DNA of 64,000 bases from a virus (taxonomy: Duplodnaviria; Caudoviricetes): positions 38,258 to 102,257 of IMG/VR virus record IMGVR_UViG_3300038345_000094. One strand, written 5' to 3'. The first letter of the stretch is position 1. Each line of letters starts with the position of its first letter. The notes under the pieces were generated by a model. The model saw only the letters and a list, made by a program, of their open reading frames with translations, made no database searches and was not told the DNA's origin. A program made the translations under genes and the position numbers. Shown one piece after another: positions 26,241 through 36,100 of the stretch.

Positions 26241-27022
26241 TAAAGAAGGCTCTCATTATACCAGATGTACATGGACGTAAGTTCTGGGAAGAAGCGAAAG
26301 AACTAATTAAAGACGAAACGATTGATAAAATCGTATTCCTCGGCGATTATTTCGATCCCTATGACGATGAGGAGGCATTCGTGAGTGATGATGATTGTAT
26401 TGCTTCATTCAGAGAGATCATCGAGTTCAAGAAGCAAAACCCTGATAAGGTTAAACTTCTGCTCGGCAATCACGATATACATTATCTGTATAAGAACGAG
26501 TATTGTTCTCGCCATAATGATGAACGCGAAGCTGAAATTTGCGATGTCATCAAAGGCGAACTGCTGAATCTCGATTTCACTTATATAGATGATATTGAGT
26601 GTAGCAATTATGACAAGGTGTTATTCACTCATGCTGGCCTCACGTCTAACTTCCTGAAGACACTTGGTAGGGCTGGATATGTCAAAGACGATCTTGTTGC
26701 ATTATGTAATAAGATAAACGCTGATATGAAAGTGACAAAGTCTCATGAGTATCACGTTTTATCCGAGCTTATGTTAAGAGTCTCTCACTTCCGTGGTGGT
26801 ATTTACCCAGACGGAAGTATCGTATGGGCGGACATAAGAGAAGTCGTACCGAACAGTTTTGATTTCAACAATGTATATCAGATTTTCGGTCATACTCGCT
26901 CGTTCTTCCCTACGATAATCAAGCGTTACGCCATGGTCGATACTATGGAATGCTATGTTGCCGACTTTGAGAATGGCAGCATAATCAATCTTGGTACTGG
27001 CAAACAATTTCCAATACAGTGA
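26237..27022 (+). CDS. calcineurin-like metallophosphoesterase
   Basis: PDVHG, GDYFD, GNHD, THAG, GHT. Confidence 0.9.
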   Translation: MIKKALIIPDVHGRKFWEEAKELIKDETIDKIVFLGDYFDPYDDEEAFVSDDDCIASFREIIEFKKQNPDKVKLLLGNHDIHYLYKNEYCSRHNDEREAEICDVIKGELLNLDFTYIDDIECSNYDKVLFTHAGLTSNFLKTLGRAGYVKDDLVALCNKINADMKVTKSHEYHVLSELMLRVSHFRGGIYPDGSIVWADIREVVPNSFDFNNVYQIFGHTRSFFPTIIKRYAMVDTMECYVADFENGSIINLGTGKQFPIQ

Positions 27023-27483
27023 AGATATACTACAAACGGCTTAAGGATGTAGAGCGCCCTAAAATCATTGATAAAGGCGACTGGATTGATCTCTATACTC
27101 CCAGAGAAGAAGACATCGATGTAAAAGCTGGAGAGATAATCAAAATCCCTCTTGGCATAGCGATGAAACTACCTCCGGGGATGGAGGCGATACTTGCATT
27201 CAGGAGTTCGACTTCCCAGAAGTACGATATCGGCCCCGCTAATGGTTTCGGTGTGATTGACCAAACCTATTGCGGCGATTCCGATGAATGGAAGTTCCCG
27301 ATTCGTGCCTTCTCGGATGTGACGATTCCTGTCAATGCGAGGTTATTCCAATTCCGCATTCAATTAAGTCAAAAAGCCACTATCTGGCAAAAGCTGATGT
27401 GGCTCTTCTCTCCCACGGTCAAACTTGTTGAAACCGAAGTTCTTGGCAATAAGAACAGAGGCGGATTCGGTTCGACTGGTTAG
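27019..27483 (+). CDS. dut: dUTPase (trimeric)
   Basis: WIDL, RSS, GVID.TY, NRGGFGSTG. Confidence 0.92.
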   Translation: MKIYYKRLKDVERPKIIDKGDWIDLYTPREEDIDVKAGEIIKIPLGIAMKLPPGMEAILAFRSSTSQKYDIGPANGFGVIDQTYCGDSDEWKFPIRAFSDVTIPVNARLFQFRIQLSQKATIWQKLMWLFSPTVKLVETEVLGNKNRGGFGSTG

Positions 27484-27521
27484 TAAAAAAAAGTCAAACA
27501 ACAGTTTTATTCACTTTCTAA

Positions 27522-27821
27522 ATGAGAAAACGAGTTAAACTGATGTCCCACGACAGAAGCAAAAACTATCTTGTGTTCGATAAGTTCGACAGCCGATTCG
27601 GACATGGGATTTATATCTTCAGATTAGTTACGGAGTTTCCAACTGTCCGCATTATTGGTTCTCCTAACAACCCTGAGGCAATAGATCCCAGTGGTGGTCC
27701 TATGCTCTCTCGTGGTGATACTACGATAATCCCAGGATTCGTACTGGATAGAATTGACTTTTCGAAAGAAGGATTTAGGTTGCACTTTAAATCGATCCGT
27801 AATGGTTCACCTCGTCGTTAA
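27522..27821 (+). CDS. hypothetical protein (IDPSGGP motif)
   Basis: 99-aa ORF. Confidence 0.65.
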   Translation: MRKRVKLMSHDRSKNYLVFDKFDSRFGHGIYIFRLVTEFPTVRIIGSPNNPEAIDPSGGPMLSRGDTTIIPGFVLDRIDFSKEGFRLHFKSIRNGSPRR

Positions 27822-29715
27822 CGATCCGTCTACGATGCCAGAGGTGGCTTTTGCCAAAATCACTCCAGCACAAGCAAAGTCTGCGTTGGTTGATGTGACG
27901 ACATTGGCAATAGACTTGAAAACAACCGGCCTCGATCCCTCGGAAGATGAGATAAAAGCAGTAACCATTGCCACACGAAAGGAAGAGATTTATATCTTGA
28001 CTACGGAGGTGATAAACAGTTCTTTGCTTATAGACCTATTGTCTGGAGCATATATAATTGTTAACTCCGGTCTGAAAGATATCTCTTTTCTTATGGCGAT
28101 GGGTGTTGATATCTCGAGTGTTTTCGATACCTGTCTGTGTGATCAGCTCTGCAATGCGAATGTTGACCAGATGAAGATATCTTATGAGCTTCCGGCAATT
28201 CTGAAGCGCTATAGCATCACTAACAGCTTTGCATTCTATGAGAATACTAACTTCTGGAAAGAAGGATTCAGTATGGGTGGGTGTAATTATCTGACGCTAT
28301 ATGTAAGACATCTGTTCGAATTGAGAGATAAGATTTATGAGGAACATCCTCAGTCATCGAATCTGTTTCTCATGATGAATCGGATGTTGCTTATGGCGGC
28401 ACAGATGAATATCACTCCACTCAAGCTGGACAGACAGAAGATACAGGATGCTTCGAATAACCTCTTGGAGGAAATCTGCGCTTCTGAGGCGAACTTCCTT
28501 GAGATCTTCCAAGCGTTAGGGAAGTATCCGGAATCGCTGAAACAGGAGCTCTCGCTGCCTGATTACAACGAGAAGATAACTCCCCTGTTTGACATCGACG
28601 ACCCGGATGAAATCGCGAAGTACATCGACTCTATCGATTACGAATCTGCAGCAGATGCCGCATATGAGAGTGGTCTCATAGACTCCCTGCCAAGTCTTCA
28701 GATGTTTGATGATTATGCAGATCAAGTCAGGATGTACAACGATGTTTACAGAAAACTCGTTGCGCAGAAATCCGACGACTTGTATTCGCATTTCATTCCG
28801 ATGTCTACGAAGTCTCTTGGCATTCAGGGTGTCACTGGATTTCCTTGTCCTACGAAGGCTAGGAATCAAAAGATCAATCCTTTCTTGGCTACTACGATCA
28901 ATCCATATCATTTGTTTGGAGAAGATGTCTTCAACTATGATGATGGCGAATTGAGACTTGTAGAGATAGAAGATGTGGAGATATTCGGCCTTGGTGTACT
29001 CACCAACGACGCTCATACCATCAGATTTGCATCTAACAGATCTGTTGAAGTGGGCTATCTCATTGATGAGTTAGAAGCAAAAGGCGTAAAGTTTCACTCC
29101 GTCAAGGGTGTTGAAGCGCTTGCTGGAAATATCCTTCGAAGTGGGTGCAAACTATCCGACCACGAGATGATCCGCTCTTCTATCGAGAAAGAGAGTGTCC
29201 CGGAATTCCTTAAGGTCTTCTCTCAGCGATATTATCATACCGTAGAAGCGATAAGTGGTCTGATTAAACGAATTCAGCACTATGGTAACGCCATGATCTT
29301 TTCTGAATATGAACTCAATTGGGAGAATTTTCAGTGGACGAACATGGTTGGAACCAAACTCACAACTGAATTCTGGCAGACTTACGAGCCGCACAGACAA
29401 GCAAAGGATGAAGTCTATCAAGAGGTCACTCAGTATTACAAAGAGCACGGGCTCGTTCAGTCCGTAGTAAGAAAACTCGTGATAAACTATGCGAGAATGT
29501 TCGTTATGTCTCACACGATGTTTGCTTATTTCGATGCGATACGAGAGGAGAATCTTGGTCAGACCATACGACTTGCCGCTGGCGATTATAATTCCTTCGT
29601 TTTGGAATATCCGCCAATCATGGCATCTGCACTTGACGACATCGAGGCGACTGTCAAAGCGTCACTCGTTCGTAGATTTGGAGAAAACATACCAATAACT
29701 TCAACGATAATCTAG
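27802..29715 (+). CDS. degenerate family A DNA polymerase homologue (predicted inactive)
   Basis: ExoI DLKTTGLDP (E to K); ExoIII without Asp; motif A region VEIEDVEIFGL and motif C region GDYNSFVLE lack the consensus residues; likely start 27802. Confidence 0.7.
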   Translation: MVHLVVNDPSTMPEVAFAKITPAQAKSALVDVTTLAIDLKTTGLDPSEDEIKAVTIATRKEEIYILTTEVINSSLLIDLLSGAYIIVNSGLKDISFLMAMGVDISSVFDTCLCDQLCNANVDQMKISYELPAILKRYSITNSFAFYENTNFWKEGFSMGGCNYLTLYVRHLFELRDKIYEEHPQSSNLFLMMNRMLLMAAQMNITPLKLDRQKIQDASNNLLEEICASEANFLEIFQALGKYPESLKQELSLPDYNEKITPLFDIDDPDEIAKYIDSIDYESAADAAYESGLIDSLPSLQMFDDYADQVRMYNDVYRKLVAQKSDDLYSHFIPMSTKSLGIQGVTGFPCPTKARNQKINPFLATTINPYHLFGEDVFNYDDGELRLVEIEDVEIFGLGVLTNDAHTIRFASNRSVEVGYLIDELEAKGVKFHSVKGVEALAGNILRSGCKLSDHEMIRSSIEKESVPEFLKVFSQRYYHTVEAISGLIKRIQHYGNAMIFSEYELNWENFQWTNMVGTKLTTEFWQTYEPHRQAKDEVYQEVTQYYKEHGLVQSVVRKLVINYARMFVMSHTMFAYFDAIREENLGQTIRLAAGDYNSFVLEYPPIMASALDDIEATVKASLVRRFGENIPITSTII

Positions 29716-29716
29716 A

Positions 29717-30568
29717 ATGTACGATCCTGCAAAAATTATTTTCGAATTTGACGACCTCGCCATATGTCCGGAGATGAGAAACTCCGACAGGCGAATCGCC
29801 GTCGACAAGAATTCCGTACGTCAGAAGAACGATAAGTCTAGGTTCCTCATTACCCTCAGGGATGCGAAAGACATCCCCGAGACGGCGAAGGACACCAAGA
29901 ATACCTATATCGCAGTCTTCGACGATATCGGATTACTCACGAGTCTCTTGACGAGCGAAAACATCACGAATATCATCCCCCAATATAATGTTCGTGACCT
30001 CCTCGTTCACAAGGACAAAATATTGAACGAGCTTACAGAAAGCAAAGACAAGTTCAATATTGTCATCAATATCGGAGCAAATATGGGCGACCTGTTCTTG
30101 CTTCACTCCCTGTCTAGTAAGGAAATCCTTGCGCAGTTTAATGTCATTTATCGCGTCTACGGAAGCGATGATGCCGTTATCTCCTGCGTGGTAGACATGG
30201 GAGGCGTTGGTATTATCGTCGACAGGAAGATCGATACTCTTCCTCTTGCTACATCGGCGTCGGTGATAGCCAAATGCACGAACACAATTAACAATATTAT
30301 CGGTTCTGAGCCGAGATATGTTGATTTGTTCGAGAAGACCAAGAATGCTGTCGTTCACGTCTTATCCGATTATGACGAGAAAGATCCTCTTGCTATCAAG
30401 TCTGTAGCGCTCGGGTCTAAGTTTATCGTTCTCGATATGCCAATCGACAAGGCTCACGAAACGATAACTAAGGTAGAGAATGCCTGGCTTAAAGTTCTTG
30501 AGTTCATCAACTCCAATAACTTTAACGACATCTTTTGTAGTGTAAAGCTGGGGCTGATATCCAAGTAG
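29717..30568 (+). CDS. degenerate GMP reductase/IMPDH-like protein
   Basis: FEFDDLAICP and IKSVALGSKFIVL resemble LTFDDVLLVP and KALALGADFVML; no GIGPGSxC loop. Confidence 0.5.
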   Translation: MYDPAKIIFEFDDLAICPEMRNSDRRIAVDKNSVRQKNDKSRFLITLRDAKDIPETAKDTKNTYIAVFDDIGLLTSLLTSENITNIIPQYNVRDLLVHKDKILNELTESKDKFNIVINIGANMGDLFLLHSLSSKEILAQFNVIYRVYGSDDAVISCVVDMGGVGIIVDRKIDTLPLATSASVIAKCTNTINNIIGSEPRYVDLFEKTKNAVVHVLSDYDEKDPLAIKSVALGSKFIVLDMPIDKAHETITKVENAWLKVLEFINSNNFNDIFCSVKLGLISK

Positions 30569-30594
30569 GTGTCAGCCCACAAAAGCTTTTCACC

Positions 30595-31074
30595 ATGAAA
30601 GAAGTTATTATTCTGAGGGGTCTGCCGTTTAGTGGCAAGACTACATGGGCTCAAAAGCTAAAGCACCGGAATGACGATTTTGTTATATTTAATGTAACAG
30701 AAGAGAGAGAAAAGGTGTTGTCAGATAACAATACATTAAGTAAGGCAGATGTGTGGAAAGCCGTAATGGAGAAATTCATTTTCGTGCTTATCAACAGCAA
30801 GGCTGTTATTATCGACGATGAGAATATCTTGGCTTCTACGATCCTTCGACTGTTGTTCGTCATTAACGAAAACGCTAACGTTATTGAAGAGCATATAAAG
30901 TTAAGGATTAAGAGCATCGCGACTCCGTGGAGTGTCTGCTTGAAGAGAGCAGAAGAAAGCGGATGTAGCGAAAGTGATATCCGAGTCTTGAATTCGTATT
31001 ACAGCTACTGCCTAAAACGAAACATTATTTACAGTGATGAAAAAGACAGCAAAACAGATCTACAAATACATTAA
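30595..31074 (+). CDS. P-loop kinase (AAA_33 / polynucleotide kinase-like)
   Basis: ILRGLPFSGKTTWA, VIIDDEN, TPWSVCLKR. Confidence 0.75.
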   Translation: MKEVIILRGLPFSGKTTWAQKLKHRNDDFVIFNVTEEREKVLSDNNTLSKADVWKAVMEKFIFVLINSKAVIIDDENILASTILRLLFVINENANVIEEHIKLRIKSIATPWSVCLKRAEESGCSESDIRVLNSYYSYCLKRNIIYSDEKDSKTDLQIH

Positions 31075-31276
31075 GTCCCAGCCTTGGTTCCGGGAATACG
31101 TATATGAGATTCATAACAGCGACGTCCTCGACGAGAAGAAGACGATGGAATATATCAATGGTTTAGGAGACTTCTATACCATTACCGGAGCCTTCGACTG
31201 GACGAAGACGAACGCTGGCTATGAGAAATGGGAAGAACGCAACAACCAGTTCATACGCTGGTATGACCGTAACTAG
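31034..31276 (+). CDS. hypothetical protein with FxWxxTxxGxxxW motif
   Basis: AFDWTKTNAGYEKW. Confidence 0.65.
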   Translation: MMKKTAKQIYKYIKSQPWFREYVYEIHNSDVLDEKKTMEYINGLGDFYTITGAFDWTKTNAGYEKWEERNNQFIRWYDRN

Positions 31277-31278
31277 CG

Positions 31279-32106
31279 ATGAGTCTATTATTCCTTTATG
31301 CAATAAAGAATCCACTTATGTCAGGGTGCGGCTATTCTCCTTCGAGGAACAACAGGTCGCGCTCCGACTCTCGGCCATTCAGTAGTACAGACGTTCGGAG
31401 AATCCTTGAATTTTTCAAGTTCTTCGTACCAGAATCTTCAGCTTTGGCGTGGTTTATCGAGAATTTCCGCGATCAACATACTTCTCGTGGAACGACGATG
31501 AATTCGTTTTGCACAGATACTGCAAGATTAATCGTTTCTCACGGAGCTAATTGGTTCGAACATCTTTATTTCAGTATTACTGGAATTGAAAGAGTTCGTA
31601 CCGTGTTGGGCTTTATTAGCTCGAGATATACATCAGATGTCATCAATATCGCATACAACTGGTCAAGCACTCCGCAAGGCCACGAGTATTGGTATGAGAT
31701 TAACACGATGCTTTCTGAGTATCTCAATATGGCTAATAGTTTGCCAACACCATCATATCTCCGCGACATGAATGATATCGCTCAGTATGCACGGGCAATA
31801 GCGTCGCATCGTCGACGTTTGACGGATCATTTCATCGCGCCAGAACAGCCACGGCAACAAACAGTCTCTGATGTTAACGGCAGACTCGACCAGCTTGCCC
31901 AAGAAGTAAGAGGTGCTGCTGAAGAAAGAACTCGCAGAAACAGAGGCGCTATTCGTATAGAACATCGCACTGATGGTGATTACTATATCAATCCAGACGG
32001 GGATGAGATTCAGATAACCATGCCGGAAGTTCGTCCGGTTCAACCGACAACTGTTGGCAGCACGTGGTTTACTATATCCGACTCTTTCGACGTTACTAGT
32101 CACTAA
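31279..32106 (+). CDS. hypothetical protein with YxWxxTxxGxxxW motif
   Basis: AYNWSSTPQGHEYW. Confidence 0.7.
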   Translation: MSLLFLYAIKNPLMSGCGYSPSRNNRSRSDSRPFSSTDVRRILEFFKFFVPESSALAWFIENFRDQHTSRGTTMNSFCTDTARLIVSHGANWFEHLYFSITGIERVRTVLGFISSRYTSDVINIAYNWSSTPQGHEYWYEINTMLSEYLNMANSLPTPSYLRDMNDIAQYARAIASHRRRLTDHFIAPEQPRQQTVSDVNGRLDQLAQEVRGAAEERTRRNRGAIRIEHRTDGDYYINPDGDEIQITMPEVRPVQPTTVGSTWFTISDSFDVTSH

Positions 32107-32111
32107 TCAGT

Positions 32112-32966
32112 ATGGATATAACGCAAGTAACTAAATGGTCACGAGCGTTAAAAGCAGCAAGGCGTACCCAAGGCAAGGAAGATAACGGTAAGGAACCTTC
32201 TAAGTCTTGGGTCGCCAAGATGCTTTTGGCCGAACATTCTCCGATTCGTCTTGTCGAATATGAGTGGGTATGGGAATCCATCAAACAATGGGTCACCGTG
32301 CATCTCGTACGACATTTCCTCGGGTGTGAGAAGTTCGTCCATTCACAACGACAAGACCGTAGAGAGCTAGAAGTACCGAGAGATGAGTTACCGCAAGGTG
32401 CGGAGAATGATATGATGATGTCTGCTAACGCGCAGGCATTAATCAACATCTCCAGAAAGCGCCTCTGCTCGTGTGCGTCTCCTGAAACTCGTGCGAAGTG
32501 GCAAGAAGTAAAGGATGCTATGTGGGAAATTGATCCTATCATGGCGTCCAGAATGGTGCCTGAGTGTCAATATCGTGGATTCTGCCCGGAGTTTATGAAA
32601 GACAACTGTGGGTTTTATATGTCTCAAGCGTATATCCTGCAGCGACTGGACTACTGTAGCAAATGTCAACCACAGAGGTGGGCGAAAATAGATGATTCTT
32701 GCTTCTGGATATCAGACAATGGTGTCGTCATCGACGATGAGCGCCACGAAAAACTGACTGAAGATACTTATGTTTTCTTCCGAGAAAGCCCCGTTAAGTA
32801 TCGGATGTCAGGAACTGTTATCTTTGTGCAAATCGGAAGTACGTATTATCCTGTTGCTCATATCATGTGCAAGTCATTCGGTGTTAGATGGGCTCACGAA
32901 CTGAAAAATAGCAATCCGTTCGACCTGTCATTAACCAACGTGTGTGTGAATGAGGGGGGCCAGTAA
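32112..32966 (+). CDS. thyX: FAD-dependent thymidylate synthase with C-terminal extension
   Basis: AEHSPIR, HLVRH...SQR, NAQALINISRKRLC, CPE. Confidence 0.8.
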   Translation: MDITQVTKWSRALKAARRTQGKEDNGKEPSKSWVAKMLLAEHSPIRLVEYEWVWESIKQWVTVHLVRHFLGCEKFVHSQRQDRRELEVPRDELPQGAENDMMMSANAQALINISRKRLCSCASPETRAKWQEVKDAMWEIDPIMASRMVPECQYRGFCPEFMKDNCGFYMSQAYILQRLDYCSKCQPQRWAKIDDSCFWISDNGVVIDDERHEKLTEDTYVFFRESPVKYRMSGTVIFVQIGSTYYPVAHIMCKSFGVRWAHELKNSNPFDLSLTNVCVNEGGQ

Positions 32967-32983
32967 TGGTCCCCTTTATTTTT
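32954..32983 (+). terminator. intrinsic terminator closing the replication module
   Basis: GGGGGCCA-GTAA-TGGTCCCC followed by TTTATTTTT. Confidence 0.8.
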
Positions 32984-33061
32984 CGAGAAAGACTAACGAA
33001 ACCTAAAAATAAGAAACCAATTACAACATGCATAATGTCGCACATACAAGTCCATATTTTA

Positions 33062-33093
33062 TTTGTATTTTAACACAATATTTCATATCTTTG
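33062..33093 (+). promoter_or_regulatory. Bacteroidota sigma70-type promoter of the RNAP gene
   Basis: TTTG-N20-TATCTTTG. Confidence 0.8.
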
Positions 33094-33117
33094 TGCAATT
33101 AAATTATAAATAAATAT

Positions 33118-36100
33118 ATGGCGAATAATGCGGAATATTGTCCGGTACTAACATCCGGACTTGGTTTAGCCGTAGCACAACGGTTGAACGATCTGTATGG
33201 TATGAGTCCAGATTTAACATCTACAATCCTACGCAATGCAGGAAAGCATCTTGGTGATGATGGATTCAATACCGTAGACGAGATATTTGCCGATGATGGA
33301 TTCAAGCAATCGTTGGCTGACAGGACAGGCGTTGGAGAGCCAGCATATTTTACCGACAAGGCTATCTTTACTTCTGCTAACAACATATATAACATACTCG
33401 TTGCTAGCGGCTATATTACAAAAGATGGTACTATGACCGTAGCTGGGGTGGAGAGGATGGACGACATGATAGAAGCATTCATGAATCTCGTCGATGATGA
33501 ACTTCAGTCTCCTGTACGAGCATGGAAGGATATTAATGGTAACTGGCACGGATACGTTCAAAAACCCGAATTATCAAATGTAGTATCGAAACCGACACAA
33601 CTTACTTTATTTAACGAAGACGGTAGTGATATTCGCGAAGAGCATAAGGATAGTCGCCCTCTTGTTACTAAGGTCATTTCTGGCGCTCAGACTGGTGTTG
33701 ATACGCTCGGGTTGATTATCGCTCACGATCTCGGCATTGAAACGGGTGGTACTACCGCTCCCGGTTTTGTGAGAGAACAGAATGTCGATAAGTATACTCG
33801 CGAAGACTTAGAAAAGCTTGGAGTTGTCGAGATCTCTGAGGAACTTCAAGCTGGTAAGACTGACAAAGAGTTCTATCTGCCTCGCACTGAACAGAACGTT
33901 ATCAATTCCGACGGTACGGTCTATTTCTACACAAGCAAAGACCAAGGTGGTGTAATTGCTACTCGTCGGTTCGCTCGTACTCATCAGAAGCCTTTTATTA
34001 TTAATCCGACAGGACCTCAACTTCGGAAATTCATTATCGATAATAATATTAAGGTACTTAATGTCGCTGGTAATCGCGGTTCTAAACTCGAAAAGCCAGA
34101 GCAGATTGAACGCGTTCTTCGTGAGGGTCTTATGAGTGCAGCTATTGAGGGACAAACAACGGCTATTACCATTAGAACTCAAACCGGAGAGACTAAAAAT
34201 GCTGAGATTCCGAAACAGTATATTGACGAGAAGATTCAAGAACAACTTGAAGCTCTTGACGATAAGGAACTTTCTGATTTTGCGTTCTTCTTAGGCCAAG
34301 ATCCTAGCGTTAAGGAACACAATAAGGCTGCCATCACAGAAGCCTTTGAGAAAGGTCTTGACGCTCAATTCGAAAAGGAAGCACAACGTGCTGAACCCGA
34401 CGAAGATGATGAGCCTCGTGATGTTTTCCGTCGTAAATTCAAGAACAAGAATATGCTTACTCATCTCGCAGAGTCTCTTGTTAGGCAGATGTCTATCATT
34501 GTGAATGAACTGCAAGATGATGAAAAGGTAAACGGCGAATTCCCTAACGCAAGGAATATCTTCGGCGATGATTTCCGCGATGTCGACTTCACCCCAAAGG
34601 AGCGTAAGGATATTCTTCTTGACAGTCAGTATTTTAAGGCTATTCGCAATAAAGCTGCGAGCCGTATATTTAGTGGCAAAGCAGAAGATCCTAGCTTACA
34701 GTGGGTTTTTGACATGTTCTTTGGCGGTAAGACAAAAGGAATGGTCAACGGAGAAGAACGAGAAGTTGATAATCTCTCTTTGCTTCTGCAATTCGGTCGT
34801 ACTATGATGCGCCGTAATGAACGAATCAGGATACTTGACGATGGCACAAGAGAGCAAGTGAACGAAGATGAGGATATCACCTCTGACGAGGAACAAGAAG
34901 ATAGCGATTCCTACATAGATGGAGAAGGAAACGGATATGAATCTCAGGAGCAATACAAACTTGCTGATGATATTCGTTCCGCTTCTGACAAGATAACTCA
35001 ACGGATTAAGATCATGCTGTCGAATATCATGGAATATGATCTTTTCGATGGCGAATATCTCCCTATTTCCGATCCGTTTGGGCTTGGTACTCCTACATAT
35101 ATCGATCAAGGACGTGCTGTTAATACGCTTTTAAACGTGCTTAATGGTGCTGATACTATCGATACTATGATTAAGCGACTTCGTGCTAATCTCGATGCTT
35201 ATCCGTGGTTTATTGATGTCTTACAGCGTATTGAACCACACGAGAATGAGTCTATAAGTAGGGAAAAGCTTCGCAACGAGTTCTTCGGTTCGATGAGAAA
35301 AGATAAGACGGTCTTCACAAGTACCATGACAATGGAGCGAGAAGATGGTACTATTCGAACTCGTTATGCCGAAAGAAATAGAGGTACTGGTTCGAAGAAG
35401 AACAAGGCTAACATCGTCGCTCAATTCGATTCTCAAGAAGGACTTCCGATCTTCAAGTACAACCGCATCGATTTCACGAGCGATTATTTCTTGTATGCGT
35501 TAAATCGTCTTCAGCCAAATATCACTCAAGAAAACGCTCCTAAGACTATCTTGGGTTCTCGTAGACAGCCAAATCTCATTACAATGCTGTCTCGGGAGTA
35601 TGCGAGCGATCCTGAGGGTTTATATGCTGACCTGAGTGTAGAGTATCTTGAGGATTCTGACGATCAACCTAAGGATCAATTTGAGACTTGGAACACGTTC
35701 GTTCAGATTTATCATGTGCTCAAAGGCTTCGGCGTTGAAGTTACTCCTCGTGCGTTCTACGCTATGGCAATCGCCGACATGAATTCTGGTCGAGATGATT
35801 TCTTGCAGACGAATATCGGTAGAATCATAACGAAACTCCATTCGATTGCTAAACAGCTGAACTACTTCCGCCCTGTTGAAGAAACTGGATTTCAGTATTA
35901 CTACTATAATCCTTTGGCTTATGACGCGGAAAGAAAGCAGAACGACAGAGACTATATCTACTTAGCGCCAGATTATGACGAGATGTTAGATATTGTCGGC
36001 GCATTTACTGAGTCTCCTACTGAATCGATGGCTTATGTTGATCATAGAGCTCACTACGCATTTAACTATCCGACGTTTATCCAATCTACAATAGCAAAAC

